This document shows positions 49,421 through 62,800 of a stretch of DNA of 64,000 bases, piece after piece. Source of the stretch: Mobula hypostoma (lineage: Eukaryota); contig NC_086097.1 in NCBI RefSeq assembly GCF_963921235.1, positions 104,100,001 through 104,164,000 of the forward strand. Direction: 5' to 3'. Position 1 is the stretch's first letter. Every line of letters begins with the position of its first letter. Below the pieces are notes generated by a model. That model was not told the DNA's origin. It searched no databases and saw only the letters and a program-made list of their open reading frames with translations. A program made the translations under genes and the position numbers.

Positions 49421-51905
49421 GCTTCTCTTGCAGGATATGAGAAGGCGGGGAGACCTCTAGTGTACCTGACGACTGCATTCAGCTGCAGCTTCTAGCAATC
49501 TGCGTTAAGGAGTTGGAGCTGGAACCAGATAAACTCCGGATCATTTGGGAGGCTGAGGCAGTAATAGGACATATAGAGAGGTAGTTGCATCTAACGTGCA
49601 GGACACAGGAAACTGGGAGAAGAGACTTGCTGTGATTATAGGGGATTCATTAGTGAGGGGAACGGACAGTAAATTTTGTAGGCAAGAATGAGATTCCCAG
49701 ATGGTGCCAGGGTCTGGGATATCTCTGATTCTGTCCTCAGCGTTCTTAAGTGGGAGGGTGAACAGTCAGAAGTTGTGGTCCACGTAGGTACCGATGGCGT
49801 GGTTAGGATGAGAGATGAGATTCTGCATAGGGAGTTGGTTGCTAAGTTAAAGGGCAGGACCTCCAGGATTGCGATCTCAGGATTACTACCCATGCCACGT
49901 GCTAGTGAGGCCAGAACAGTTTAACATGTGGCTAAGGAGTTGGTATAGTCATAGTCATACTTTATTGATCCCGAGGGAAATTGGTTTTCATTACAGTTGC
50001 ACCATAAATAATTAGATAGTGATAAAACCATAATTAAATAGTAATATTTAAATTATGCCAGGAAATGTCCAGAATCAGCCTATTGGTTCAGGGTGTCTGA
50101 CCCTCCAAGGGAGGAGTTGTAAAGTTTGATGGCCACAGGCAGGAATGACTTCCTATGACGCTCTGTGTTGCATCTCGGTGGAATGAGCCTCTGGTTGAAC
50201 GTACTCCTGTGCCCAACCAGTCCATTATGTAGTGGATGGGAGACATTGTCCAAGATGGCATGCAACTTGGACAGCATCCTCTTTTCAGACACCACCGTCA
50301 GAGAATCCAGTTCTATCCCCACAACATCACTGGCCTTACGAATGTAGGAGGGAGGGCATAAGGTTTTTGGAACATTGGGCTCTCTTCCAGGGAAGATAGG
50401 ACCTTTACAGAAGGGACAGTTTGTACCTGAACTGGAGGGGTACTAATATCCTTTCAGGAAGGTTTGTGTGATGGGGTTTTTAAACTAGAGTTGCAGGGGG
50501 ATGGGAACCAGAGTGCCAGAACAGTTAGTGGAGAGGTTGTGGAGGCAGATGTTGGTAAGATCTCAGACAAAGTTAGGAATCAAAAGGTTAAGCATAGTGT
50601 GGTGCCTGGTATCCTAAGCTGCATATATTTCAATGCAAGAAGTATCGTAGGAAGGGCAGGTACTATTATTGAAGATGAGGTAGCTGGTTTACAAACAGGC
50701 AATGTGTGTGAGGAGAGGTTGGTAGGGCAACATTGCAGTCAGCAGGATGAATTGCCATGTAAAAAGCAGACAGAATTGAAAAGGATAAATACAGGACTGA
50801 AAGTGTTGTATTTGAATGCATGCAGTATTATGGAAAAAATTAGATGAACTTAGAGCACAGTTGCAGATTGGCAGGTATGTTGCAGGCTGATGGAAGATTA
50901 TAGCTGGGAGCTTAATGTCCACGTGTATCGAAAGGAAAGGCAGGAAGGCAGAGGGTGTGGCGATGCTCTAGTAAAAAGTGAAATCAAATCATTAGAAAGA
51001 GGTGACATAGGGTTAGAAGGTGTTGAATCATAGTGGATAAAGCTAAAATGACATTGATGGGAGTTGTATATAGAACCCCAAACAATATTAAGGATGTGAT
51101 GTACAAATTGCAATGGGAGATAGAACATGTATGCCAAAAAGGCAATGTTAGAATAGTCATGGGAATTTCAATGTGCAGGTGTAGACTGGGAAAATCAGGT
51201 TAGTGCTGGATTCCAGGAGGAGTATTTCTAGAATGCTTACGAGATGGCTTTTTAGGGTAGCTCGTGGTTGAGCCCATGAGGGGTCAACTATTCTGGATTT
51301 GGTGTTACACAATGATCCGGAATTAATAGAGAGCTTAAGGGAAAAGAACCCTCAGGGGAAAGTGATCATAATATGATTGAATTCACCCTGAAATTTGAGA
51401 AGGAGAAGCTAAAGTCAGAAGTGTTGGAATTACAGAGGTATGAGAGAGGAGATGACCAGAATTGGTTGGAAAAGAACACTGGCGGGAATGATGGTAGAGC
51501 AGCAATGGCTTAAATTTCTGGAAGCAATTTGAAAGGCACAGGATGTATCTTAAAACAAAAGTCACTAAGAAGGTAAAGATGGAATATGAAAGTAAGCTAG
51601 TAAATAATATGAAAGAGGATACCAAAAGTTTCTTCAAATACATAAAGTAAATGAGAGGCGAGAGTGGATATTGGACCATTAGAAAACGATGTGTAATTGG
51701 GGACAATGAAATGGTGGAAGAACTGAATAAGTCTTTTGCATCAGTCTTCACTGCGAAAGACATTGGCATTGTGGTGGCAGTTCCAGGTGTCAGGGGTCAT
51801 GAAATGTGTGAAGTTTCTATTACTAGGGAGAAGGTTCTTGGGGAAACTGAAAGGTCTGAAGGTAGATAAGTGACCTGGACCAGATGGTGTACACCCAGAG
51901 TTCCA
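49420..51905 (+). mobile_element. Decayed CR1 5' half (ORF1 esterase and APE), apparently chimeric
   Basis: IIGDSLVRGTD, VVVHVGTDGV, IAISGLLPMPRASEAR; two tandem APE starts in ORF 50464-50847. Confidence 0.8.
49946..50343 (-). mobile_element. Rex1-type LINE 3' end inserted in CR1 ORF1
   Basis: ORF 50080-50322 LDNVSHPLH...RLIPPRCNTERHRKSFLPVAIKLYNSS; tail aataaagtatgactatgacta. Confidence 0.8.
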
Positions 51906-51969
51906 TCTGTCTATTCTGTTTATATTCACAATTTTAAATACCTCGTTTAGATATCTCTTTTGCCATGGT

Positions 51970-53900
51970 CATGTGGAAAGCATAAAAACTCTACAAGCCC
52001 TCTTGGTGAGGATTGACCTTGTGACCCTGGTGATGAGAGATCCATGCTGTTTCAAGAGCCTGATCATTGTTGGGTCATAATTGTTCCTGCAACTGCTGGT
52101 GTGGGACCTAAGTCTGTAGCTCCTGACAATGGAGTAGTGATAAGAGGGCATGGTCTTGGATGGTGGGGGTTCTTGATGATGTCTGCTGCTTTCTTATATG
52201 GCAGTACTCCAGTATTCTCAGTGGTGCTGTGAGCTTTGCCTGTGATGGACTGAGCTATATCCACCACTTTCTTTCGCCTTTTCCCTTCTTGAGCATTAGG
52301 GTTTGCATACAAGGCCGTGATGCAACCAGTTAGGATACTCTCCATTGTGCATCTATAGAAGTTTGTCAAAGTGTTTAACTCAAAACTAAACAAAGTTTTA
52401 AGAAAATTGATGTTTTGTTGTGCCTTGTTTGTGATGATCTCCCTTCTATCTGCCAATTTGTCATCACCTTTGACTAGGCCAACAGCTGTGGTGTTGCCAG
52501 CAAACTTAAATGTGGCATTTGAGCTTTATTTAGTCACACATTGGCTAAACAAAAGTGAACAGGAGTCTTAAGTACACCGCCATATGGTGCACCTATGCAG
52601 ATAGTGATTGTGGAGGAGATATTGTTGCTAATCCATAGTAACTGGGGTCTGCCAGTGAGGAAATCTAGGATCCAGTTGTGCAGAGAGTTAATGAGGCCCA
52701 GGTTTTGAACCTTAATGATGAGTTTTAAGGTGATGATAATATTGAATGCTGAACTGTCGTCAATGAAGAGTATCTTTATTATCCAGGTGTTTCAGAGCTG
52801 AATGTAGAGACATTGAAATGGCATTTGCTGTTGACCTGCTGTGAAGATAGTCAAATTGGAGTGAATTCGGGTCACTTCTCAGGTAGGAGTTGATATGCTA
52901 TGGCTAACGTCTCAAAGTATTTGTTTAGAGTGGATGTAAGTGCTACTGCATGATGGTCATTGAGACAGGTTACTACTTTCTTCCTGGGCATTGGTATGAT
53001 TGAAGCCTGCTTGAAGCTGAAGCGAGAGTTTGAAGATATTAGTAAGCATTCCAGCCAGCTGACGAGCATAGGTTTTCAGGACTTGGTCAGGTATGCCATT
53101 TGGTCCAGGTGCTTTCTGTGAATTCACCCTCCTGAAGGATGTTCTCACGTTGTCCTCAGAGACAGACAGTGAGATGACAGGATCGTTGAGGGCTGTGGGG
53201 GTTCGTGAAAGTGTCTCCATTTTCTGTCAGTCAAAGTGACAATAAAAAGCATTGAGCTAATTGGGAAGTGAAACCTCATTGCCATTTATGTTGTTTGGTT
53301 TTGCTTTGTAGGAGGTGATGACATTCAAGCCAACCATAGTTGTTGAGCATCCTTCTCTGATTTATGTTTAGATTAGAATTACCAATTTTGTATAGAATCT
53401 TCTGCTGGTCATATTTGGACCTCTTGTACTTTCCCAGATGTTGGTTCTAAGCACCACCAATATAGCCCTAAGCAGATTGTGAATCTTTTGTTTCATCCAA
53501 GGTTTCTGATTGGTAAAGATCCCGAATGATTTTGTGAGGACACACCTGTCCACATAATCTTTATGAAGTCTGAGACAACTGTTGCCTATTCATTCATGGC
53601 CCACTCCACTTACTCAAAGCAGTCCCAGAGCTACACCTCTGTCTCCTGTTACAGTCTCCTCTTGTCATTGCAATTTGCTGCCTTGTTCTTGTCTCTGCCT
53701 GGATGCAGATAGGAAGATTTTCTGAAATGCAGTCAAAGGAATGATAGGCATTTTTCTTGATGCTAGTGTAGTAGTGATCAAATGCATTGGATCCTCTTGT
53801 GCTACAGGTGATGTGTTGGTGGTAGTTGGGCAGAGATTTCTTTAAGCTAGCCTGATTGAATTCACCTCTAATGATAAAGCCCATATCTGCACATACTCTT
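51970..53900 (-). mobile_element. Decayed Rex/Babar LINE (APE and RT)
   Basis: GEFNQASLKKSLPNYHQHITCSTRG; NQKPWM; KAPGPNGIPDQVLK; LTNFYRCTMESILTGCITALY. Confidence 0.8.
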
Positions 53901-54809
53901 CTTTTTTCTTTAGAAATTGTACCCTCTAGTTTCTGTTTTAAAAAAAAATACAATTCTTGACACTTCTCAGCATTGAGTTATTGATAGAAGTAAGGGAGGA
54001 AATTGCAAAAGCCCACATCATGATCTTATTTAGAGTATTGGGACAGTTGGAAGAGGGTTGGCAAACTGTCAATGTTACACCATTAAAGTTATATAAGGTA
54101 AGCTAATAACCTCAAACAAGTCAGTTGAATGCATTCCTGGAGAAAATTCCAAAGACACTTCTGAATTCATTGTTGATAGGTAGAATAGATCTTGCTTGTG
54201 TGTTAAACTAATTGTTGTAATTCATGGAAAAGTCCTTTAGATATTATGCAATGTTTGTCCACTGTTAACACATTTGGGAATGTTCCCTAATCTAATATAG
54301 ATGGTGAAATGAAGGTAGATCAATCTCCAAGGTCTGACCGGGTATCTCTGAGAACACAGAGATATTGTGGGAGCTCTGGCTGAGATATAAGCATGGTCAT
54401 TAATGATGAGTGAAATTCCAAAAGACAGGCGGCTGATGTTGTATCTTTTTTTTTTAAACAAAGGCTACAAAGAAATTCTGGGAATTATATACCAGGAAGC
54501 GTAACATCTGTGGCAGGTATGCTACTAGAGAGGATACTGAGGGATTAGATATACAAGCATTTGGAAAGTAGCTTGATTTGAATAATCGGCGTGGTTTTAT
54601 GTACGGGAGATCATGTCTCATGAATTAGCGGTTTTTGAGGAAGTATCCAAGAAGGTTGATGAGAGCAGGACCATAGACATGGTCTACATGGACTTCAGAA
54701 AGGGCTTTGATATGCTGTGGAAAGTTGAATCACATGGAACATAGGAACAGCTAGCTTTCTTGTATACACAATTGGCTAGATGGTAGGAAGCAGAGGGTAA
54801 TGATGGAAG

Positions 54810-57377
54810 CGCAAACCCGAGGAAATCTGCAGATACTGGAAATTCAAGCAACACACACAAGAAGTGCTGGTGAACGCAGCAGGCCAGGCAGCATCTATAG
54901 GAAGAGGTACAGTCGACGTTTCAGGCCGAGACCTTTCGTCAGGACTAACTGAAAGAAGAGCTAGTAAGAGATTTGAAAGGGGGAGGGGGAGACCTGAAAT
55001 GATAGGAGAAGTCAGGAGAGGGAGGGATGGAGCTAAGAGCTGGACAGTTGATTGGCAAAAGGGATACGAGGCTGGAGAAGGGAGAAGATCATGGGATAGG
55101 AGGCCTGGGGAGAAAGAAAGGGGAAAAAATAATAATAAATAAGTATGGGATGGGGGAGGAAGGAGAGGTGGGGCATTAACGAAAGTTAGAGAAGTCAATG
55201 TTCATGCCATCGGGTTGGAGGCTACCTAGACGGAATATAAGGTGTTGTTCCTCCAACCTGAGTGTGGCTTCATCTTGACAGTAGAGGAGACCATGGATAG
55301 ACATATCAGAATGGGAGTGGGACATGGAATTAAAATGTGTGGCCACTGGGAGATCCTGCTTTCTCTGGTGGACAGCAAAACGGTCTCCCAGCCTGCGTCG
55401 GGTCTCGCCAATATATAGAAGGCCGCATCGGGAGCACCGGATGCAGTATATCACCCCAGCTGACTCTCAGGTGAAGTGTCACCTCACCTGGAAGGACTGT
55501 CTGGGGCCCTGAGTGGTGGTGAGAGAAGAAGTGTAAGGGCATGTGTAGCACTTGTTCCACTTATAAGGATAAATGCCAGGAGGGAGATCGGTGGGGAGAG
55601 ATGGGGGGGACGATAGGATAAGGGAGTTGCGTAGGGAGTGATCCCTGCGGAAAGCGGGGGGGGGGGAGGGAAAGATGTGCTTAGTGGTGGGATCCCGTTG
55701 GAGGTGGTGGAAGTTACAGAGAATTACATGTTGGACCCGGAGGCTGGTGGGGTGGTAGGTGAGGACCAGGGGAACCCTATTCCTAGTGGGGTGGTGGGAG
55801 GATGGAGTGAGAGCAGATGTGCGTGAAATGGGGGAGATGCGTTTGAGAGCAGAGTTGATGGTGGAGGAAGGGAAGCCCCTTTCTTTAAAAAAGGAGGACA
55901 TCTCCTTCGTCCTGGAATGAAGAGCCTCATCCTGAGAGCAGATGCTGCGGAGACGGAGGAATTACGAGAAGGAGATGGTATTTTTGCAAGAGACAGGGTG
56001 GGAAGAGGAATAGTCCAGGTAGTTGTGAGAGTCCGTAGGTTTATAGTAGACATCAGTAGATAAGCTGCCTCCAGAGATAGACAGAAAGATCAGGAAAGGG
56101 GAAGGAGGTGTTGAAAATGGACCCGGTAAACTTGAGGGCAGGGTGAAGGTTGGAGGCAAAGTTAATGAAGTCAACGAGCTCAGCATGCGTGTAGGAAGCA
56201 GCGCCAATGCAGTCGTCGATGTAGCGAAGGAAAAGTGGGGGACAGATACCAGAATAGGCACGGAACATAGATTGCTCCACAAAGCCAACAAAAAGGCAGG
56301 CATAGCTGGGACCCATACGGGTGCCCATAGCTGCACCTTTAGTTTGGAGAAAGAGGGAGGAGCCAAAGGATAAATTATTAAGAGTAAGGACTAATTCTGC
56401 TAGATGGAGCAGAGTGGTGGTAGAGGGGAACTGATTAGGTTTGGAATCCAAAAAGAAGCGGAGAGCTTTGGGACTTTCCTGATGGGGGATGGAAGTATAT
56501 AAGGACTGGACATCCATGGTGAAAATAAAGCGGTGGGGGCCAGGGAACTTAAAATCATTGGAAAAAATTCAGAACGTGAGAAGTGTCATGAACATAGATC
56601 GGAAGGGATTGAACAAGGGGGGATAAAACAGTGTCGAAGTATGCAGAAATGAGTTCAGTGGGGCAGGAGCAAGCTGAGACAATGGGTCTACCTGGACAGA
56701 CAGGTTTGTGGATCTTGGGTAGGAGGTAGAAACGGGAAGTGCGAGGTGTGGGAACTATAAGGTTGGTGGCAGTGGATGGGAGATCCCCTGAGCGGATAAA
56801 GTCGGTGATGGTGTGAGAGACAATGGCCTGGTGCTCCTTAGTGGGGTCACGATCGAGGGCTAAGTAAGAGGAGGTAGCCGCAAGTTGTTGCTGTGCCTCG
56901 GCAAGGTAGAGGTCAGTGCGCCAGACTACAACAGCACCTCCCTTATCAACGGGTTTTATAGTAAGGTTAGGATTAGTGAGGAGGGAGTGGAGAGCAGAGC
57001 GTTGGAAGGCGTGAGGTTGGACTTGGAACAAGGTGTGGTGAAGTTGAGAAGGTTGATGTCCCGTCGGCAGTTGGGGATAAAAAGGTCCAGAGCAGGCAGG
57101 AGGCCAGAGCGGGGTGTCCATGAAGGGGAGGAGGGTTGAAGACGAGAGAAAGAGTGATTGGTGGGGGTGGGAGAGTCCTTGCCGAAGAAGTAGGCTTGAA
57201 GACGGAGCCGGCGGAAGAAGAGTTCAGCGTCATGGCGGACGCGGAACTTGCTGAGGTGTGGGTGAAGGGGGACAAAGGTTAAGGCCCTTACTGAGGACAG
57301 AGGGCTCTGCCTCAGAGAGTTGAAGGTTGGAGGGGATGGCACGGATGAGAGCTGGGATCGGGGGGGGAGGGGGGAGG
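54810..57377 (-). mobile_element. Penelope-like retroelement (probably Neptune clade): RT, GIY-YIG endonuclease, terminal repeat
   Basis: IKPVDKGGAVVVW, FYLLPKIHKP..PGRPIVS, MDVQSLYTSIPH, GAAMGTRMGPSYA, FLRYIDD, YYKPTDSHNYLDYSSSHP, Cys linker NKCYTC, IYCIRCSRCGLLYIGETRRRLGDRF. Frameshifted. Confidence 0.93.
54911..54946 (-). ncRNA. Minimal type I hammerhead ribozyme motif
   Basis: AGUC-CUGACGA-A-AGG-ucucgg-CCU-GAAA-CGUC^GACU: stem I AGUC/GACU, intact core, stem II AGG/CCU, palindromic ACGU helix III, GUC cleavage triplet. Confidence 0.8.
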
Positions 57378-57759
57378 GTTGTGACTTGAGGTCGGTGCTA
57401 GGCTTGCTGTTCGTCATCTGTATAAATGATTAGGGTGAGAATATAGAAGCCGTAGTTAGTAAGTTGGTGGCTGACATGAGAATAGGTGGTTTTGCAGACT
57501 GTGAAAATGTTTACACAATTTAGAGTAATCTTGATCAGCTGGGGAAGTGGGCCAACAAATGGCAAATTGAGTTTAATTCTGATAAGTACAAGATACTATA
57601 TTTTGGCATGTATAATCCAGCTGGAATTTTACAGTGAATGGCAAGGCCCTGGTAAGTGTTTTAAAACGCAGGGACCTAAGAGTTACATGTAATTGGTTCC
57701 TTGAAAGTGGAATGGCTGATTGATAGGGTGGTGAGGAAGGCTTTTGGAATGCTAGATTT

Positions 57760-59095
57760 CGAAGTTCAAAGAGCATTTATTATGAAACTAAAGTATGTTT
57801 CTGTGACCATATACTATCTTGAGTTTTTTTTTGCAGTTGTTTATAGGAAAATAAATACAATAGAATTTAAGAAAAACTATAACAAAATCAAAGACTGGCC
57901 AACTACCAATGTGCAAAATAAGACAAACAGTGCAAATAATTAATCCAGTTTCCCTATTATTCCTGGGTTTCATCTCCTAAGTTAGAGAGAAAGGTTGAAC
58001 AAGTTAGGTCTTTATTCTTTGGAGGGTAGAAGGTTGAGGGGGGACTCGATAGAGGTATTTAAAATTATGAGGGGGATAGATAGAGTTGACATGGATAGGC
58101 TTTTTCCATTGAGAGTGGGGAAGATTCAAACAAGAGGACATGGGTTGAGACTTAGAGGACAAAAGTTTAGGGGTAACATGAGGGGGAACTTCTTTACTCA
58201 GAGAGTGGTAGCTGTGTGGAATGAGCTTCCAGCAGAAGTGGTTGAGGCAGGTTCTATGTTGTCGTTTAAAGTTAAATTGGACAGATATATGGACAGGAAA
58301 GGAGTGGAGGGTTATGGGCTGCATGCAGGTTGGTGGGACTAGGATAGGGTAAGAGTTCAGCGCTGACTAGAAGGGCCGAGATGGCCTGTTTCCGTGCTGT
58401 AATTGTTATATGGTTATATGGTTAATAATAAATATATACTGAGAACATCCACGGTAGAATACTTGAAAGTGAGTCTTTAAGTTGTGGAGTTAATTCAGCT
58501 TTGAGGTGAGTGAAGTTATCCATGCTATTTCAGGTGTGTGGATAACTTCACTTCCTTATTGGGAGACTACAGTCAGTATGAATCAGAAATAACATCCTCT
58601 TGCCTGACAGTTAACACCAGTGCACCTCAAGGATGTTTGCTTAGCCCACTGCTTTACTCTCTCTACATCCAGGACTGTGTGACTTGGAAAAAGATCTAGC
58701 ATTGGAAAAAGCTGCAAAAGATTGTAAACTCAGCCAGCTCCATCGTGGGCACTAGCCTCCCCACCATTGAGGATACCTTGAGAAGGTGATATCTCAAAAA
58801 AGCAGCATCCATTATTTAAGGACCCCCCTCTATCCATGACATGCCTTGATCTCATTACTACCATTATAGAAGAGGTACAGGAGCCTGAAGATGCACATTT
58901 AAAACATCTTAGGACAGCCTCTTATCTCCACCATCGTATTTCTAAACAGACAATGAGCCCATAAATACTGCCTCACTATTTTGTTGCTCTTTTTGCACTA
59001 CTTATTTAATTTTTTAATATAGTTATTATCATTTATAGTGTATTTTATGTATTGCACTGTACTGTTGTTGCAAAACAACAAATTTCATGATTCTG
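57760..59095. mobile_element. Rex/Babar fragments (antisense tail 57760-58530 split by a CR1; sense fragment 58540-59095)
   Basis: Tail matches 5815-6110; cacctcaaggatgtttgcttagcccactgctttactctctctac encodes PQGCLLSPLLYSL. Confidence 0.65.
57960..58422 (+). mobile_element. CR1 3' end
   Basis: ORF 57995-58342 LGLYSLEGRRLRGD...FFTQRVVAVWNELP; tail (GTTATATG)n. Confidence 0.85.
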
Positions 59096-59834
59096 AGCCT
59101 GATAGTTCAGTTGGGACATTGAGTATGGAAACTGGATTGTTATTTTGCATTTCTGAAGGTTGTTGGTGAGGCCACATTTGGAATATTGTTTAGTTTTGCT
59201 CACCCTGCTATATGGAAAATGCTATTAAACTGGCAATGGTTCACTTGAGATTCATAAAGATGTTGTCAAAACTTGGAGGAATGACGTAAGAAGAGAGGTT
59301 GAGTGGGTTTGGACCTTCTCTATGTTAAGATGAGAGAGGAGAAACTTAACAGGGCCCTGAAGGACAATTATTTTTCCACCAATCAGGTGGTCACTAAATG
59401 ACTTGCTGGAGTCAGCTCTATAAAAACATTTAGCACGTACTTGAAAAGGATATATGGATAAGAAAGGTTCAGAGAGATGTGGGGCAAAAGAGAGGAGTTT
59501 TAAAGGTTCCAACAGAAGACATCGAGGGTTGGGGAAGAGTGATAGCAGTTGAAAAGTTAATTGGTTTACTCAAAGCATCCAACCACTCGAACCACTGTGG
59601 TGTGATATTTGAAGTTTGTGATGAATTAGCTCAGAAGGGAAGGCGTGCTGCAGTGATAGGGGATACAGTGGTTAGGGGAACAGACAGGAGGTTCTATGGA
59701 TGAGCATGAGAAACATAAGGTTGTAATAGCAGGTGATTTTAACTTCCCAGGTATTGACTCGGACTCCTGCATAAAGAGGGCGAGATGGGATAGAGTTTGT
59801 CAGATGTGTTCAGTAAAGTTTCCTTATTCAATAC

Positions 59835-62800
59835 ATAAAACAGCACAGTACAGGCCCTTAGGCCCACAGTGTTGTGCCGACCCTCAAACCCTGCCTCCCA
59901 TATAACCCCCCACCTTAAATTCCTCCATATACCTGTCTAGTAGTCTCTTAAATTTCACTAGTGTGTCTGCCTCCACCACAGACTCAGGCAGTGCATTCCA
60001 CGCACCAACCACTCTCTGAGTAAAAAACCTTCCTCTAATATCCCCCTTGAACTTCCCACCCTTACCTTAAAGCCATGTCCTCTTGTATTGAGCAGTGGTG
60101 CCCTGGGGAAGAGGTGCTGGCTATCCACTCTATCTATTCCTCTTATTATCTTGTACACCTCTATTATGTCTCCTGTCATCCTCCTCCTCTCCAAAGAGTA
60201 AAGCCCTAGCTCTCTTAATCTCTGATCATAATCTATACTCTTTAAACCAGGCAGCATCCTGATAAATCTCCTCTGTACCCTTTCCAATGCTTCCACATCC
60301 TTCCTATAGTGAGGCGACTGGAACTGGACACAGTACTGCAAGTGTGGCCTAACCAGAGCTTCATAGAGCTGCATCTTGCGACTCTTAAACTCTACCCCTC
60401 GACTTATGAAAGCTAACACCCCATAAGCTTTCTTAACTACCCTATCTACCTGTGAGGCAACTTTCAGGGATCTGTGGACATGTACCCCCAGATCCTTCTG
60501 CTCCTCCACACTACCAAGTATCCTGCCATTTACTTTGTACTCTGCCTTGGAGTTTGTCCTTCCAAAAAAGCTCACTTCTCTGGGTTGAACTCCATCTGCC
60601 ACTTCTCAGCCCATTTCAGTATCCTATCAATATGTCTCTGCAATCTTCGACAATCCTCTACACTATCTACAACACCATCAACCTTTGTGTCATCTGCAAA
60701 CTTGCCAACCCACCTTTCTACCCCCACACCACTAGTCACAACCCTCCAATCCGAATGTTACTCCCTCCGTCACGACCCTCTGCCTTCTGCAGGCAAGCCA
60801 ACTCTGAATCCACCTGGCCAAACTTCCCTGGATCCCATGCCTTCTGACTTTCTGAATAAGCCTACCGTGTGGAGCTTGTCAAATGCCTTACTAAAATCCA
60901 TGTAGATCACATCCACTGCACTACCCTCATCTATATGCCTGGTCACCTCCTCAAAGAACTCTATCAGGCTTGTTAGACATGATCTGCCCTTCACAAAGCC
61001 ATGCTGACTGTCCTTGATCAGACCATAGTTCTCTAAATGCCCATAGATCCTATCTCTTAAGAATCTTTTCCAACAGCTTTCCCACCACAGACATAAGGCT
61101 GACTGGTCTATAATTACCCAGACTATCCCTACTACCTTTTTTGAACAGGGGGACAACCTTCACCTTCCTCCAATCCTCCGGTACCATCCGTGGACAACGA
61201 GGACATAAAGATCCTAGCCAAAGGCTCAGCAATCTCTTCCCTCGCCGCGTGAGCAGCCTGGGGAATATTCCATCAGGCCCTGGGGACTTATCCGTCCTAA
61301 TGCATTTTAATAACTCCAACACCCCCTCTCCCTTAATATCAATATGCTCCAGATCATCAACCTCACTCATATTGTCCTCGCCGTCATCAAGTTCCCTCTC
61401 ATTGGTTAATACCGAAGAAAAGTATTCATTGAGGATCTCACTCACTTCCACAGCCTCCAGGCACATCTTCCCACCTTTATCTCTAATCGGTCCTACCTTC
61501 ATTCCTGTCATCCTTTTGTTCTTCACATAAATGAAGAATGCCTCGGGGTTTTCCTTTACCCTACTCACCAAGACCTTCTCATGCCCCCTTTTTGCTCTTC
61601 TCTGCCCTTTCTTGCTTCCCTATATTCCTCAAAAGACCCATCTGATCCCTGTTTCCTAAACCTCATGCATGCTGCCGCCTTCCACCTGACTAGATTTTCC
61701 ACCTCACTTGTCACCCATGGTTCCTTCACCCTACCATTCTTTATCTTCCTCACCAGGACAAATTTATCCCTAACATCCTGCAAGAGATCCCTAAACATCG
61801 ACTACATGTCCATTGTGCATTTCCCTGCAAAAACATCATTCCAATTCACACCTGCAAGTTCTAGCCTTATAGCCTCATAATTTGCCCTTCCCCAATTAAA
61901 AACTTTCCTGTCCTTTCTGATTGTATCCTTTTCCATGGTAATGCTAAAGGCCAGGGAGCGGTGGTCACTGTCCCCCAGATGCTTAGCCACAGAGATCTGT
62001 GACCTGACCCGGTTCATTACCTAATACTAGATCTAGTATGGCATCCCCCTAGTTGGCCTGTCATTATACTGTGACAGGAATCTGTCCTGGACACACTTAA
62101 CAAACTCTGCTTTATTTAGTGATAAATTTAGTGATAATTTTTCAAAACTCGTTAGATTCTGGACTAGTTCCTGAGGATTGGAGGGTGGCTAATGTAACCC
62201 CACTTTTTAAAAAAGGAGGGAGAGAGAAACCGGGGAATTATAGGCCGGTTAGCCTAACGTCGGTGGTGGGGAAACTGCTGGAGTCAGTTATCAAGGATGT
62301 GATAACAGCACATTTGGAAAGCGGTGAAATGATCGGACAAAGTCAGCATGGATTTGTGAAAGGAAAATCATGTCTGACGAATCTCATAGAATTTTTTGAG
62401 GATGTAACTAGTAGAGTGGATAGGGGAGAACCAGTGGATGTGGTATATTTGGATTTTCAAAAGGCTTTTGACAAGGTCCCACATAGGAGATTAGTGTGCA
62501 AACTTAAAGCACACGGTATTGGGGGTAAGGTATTGGTGTGGGTGGAGAATTGGTTAGCAGACAGGAAGCAAAGAGTGGGAATAAACGGGACCTTTTCAGA
62601 ATGGCAGGCGGTGACTAGTGGGGTACCGCAAGGCTCAGTGCTGGGACCCCAGTTGTTTACAATATATATTAATGACTTGGATGAGGGAATTAAATGCAGC
62701 ATCTCCAAGTTTGCGGATGACACGAAGCTGGGTGGCAGTGTTAGCAGTGAGGAGGATGCTAAGAGGATGCAGGGTGACTTGGATAGGTTGGGTGAGTGGG

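Larger units (their letters stand above)
54200..57760 (+). mobile_element. Old CR1 split by the Penelope-like insertion
   Basis: CR1 RT remnants at 54200-54808 (tacatggacttcagaaagggctttga) resume at about 57380-57755. Confidence 0.65.
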
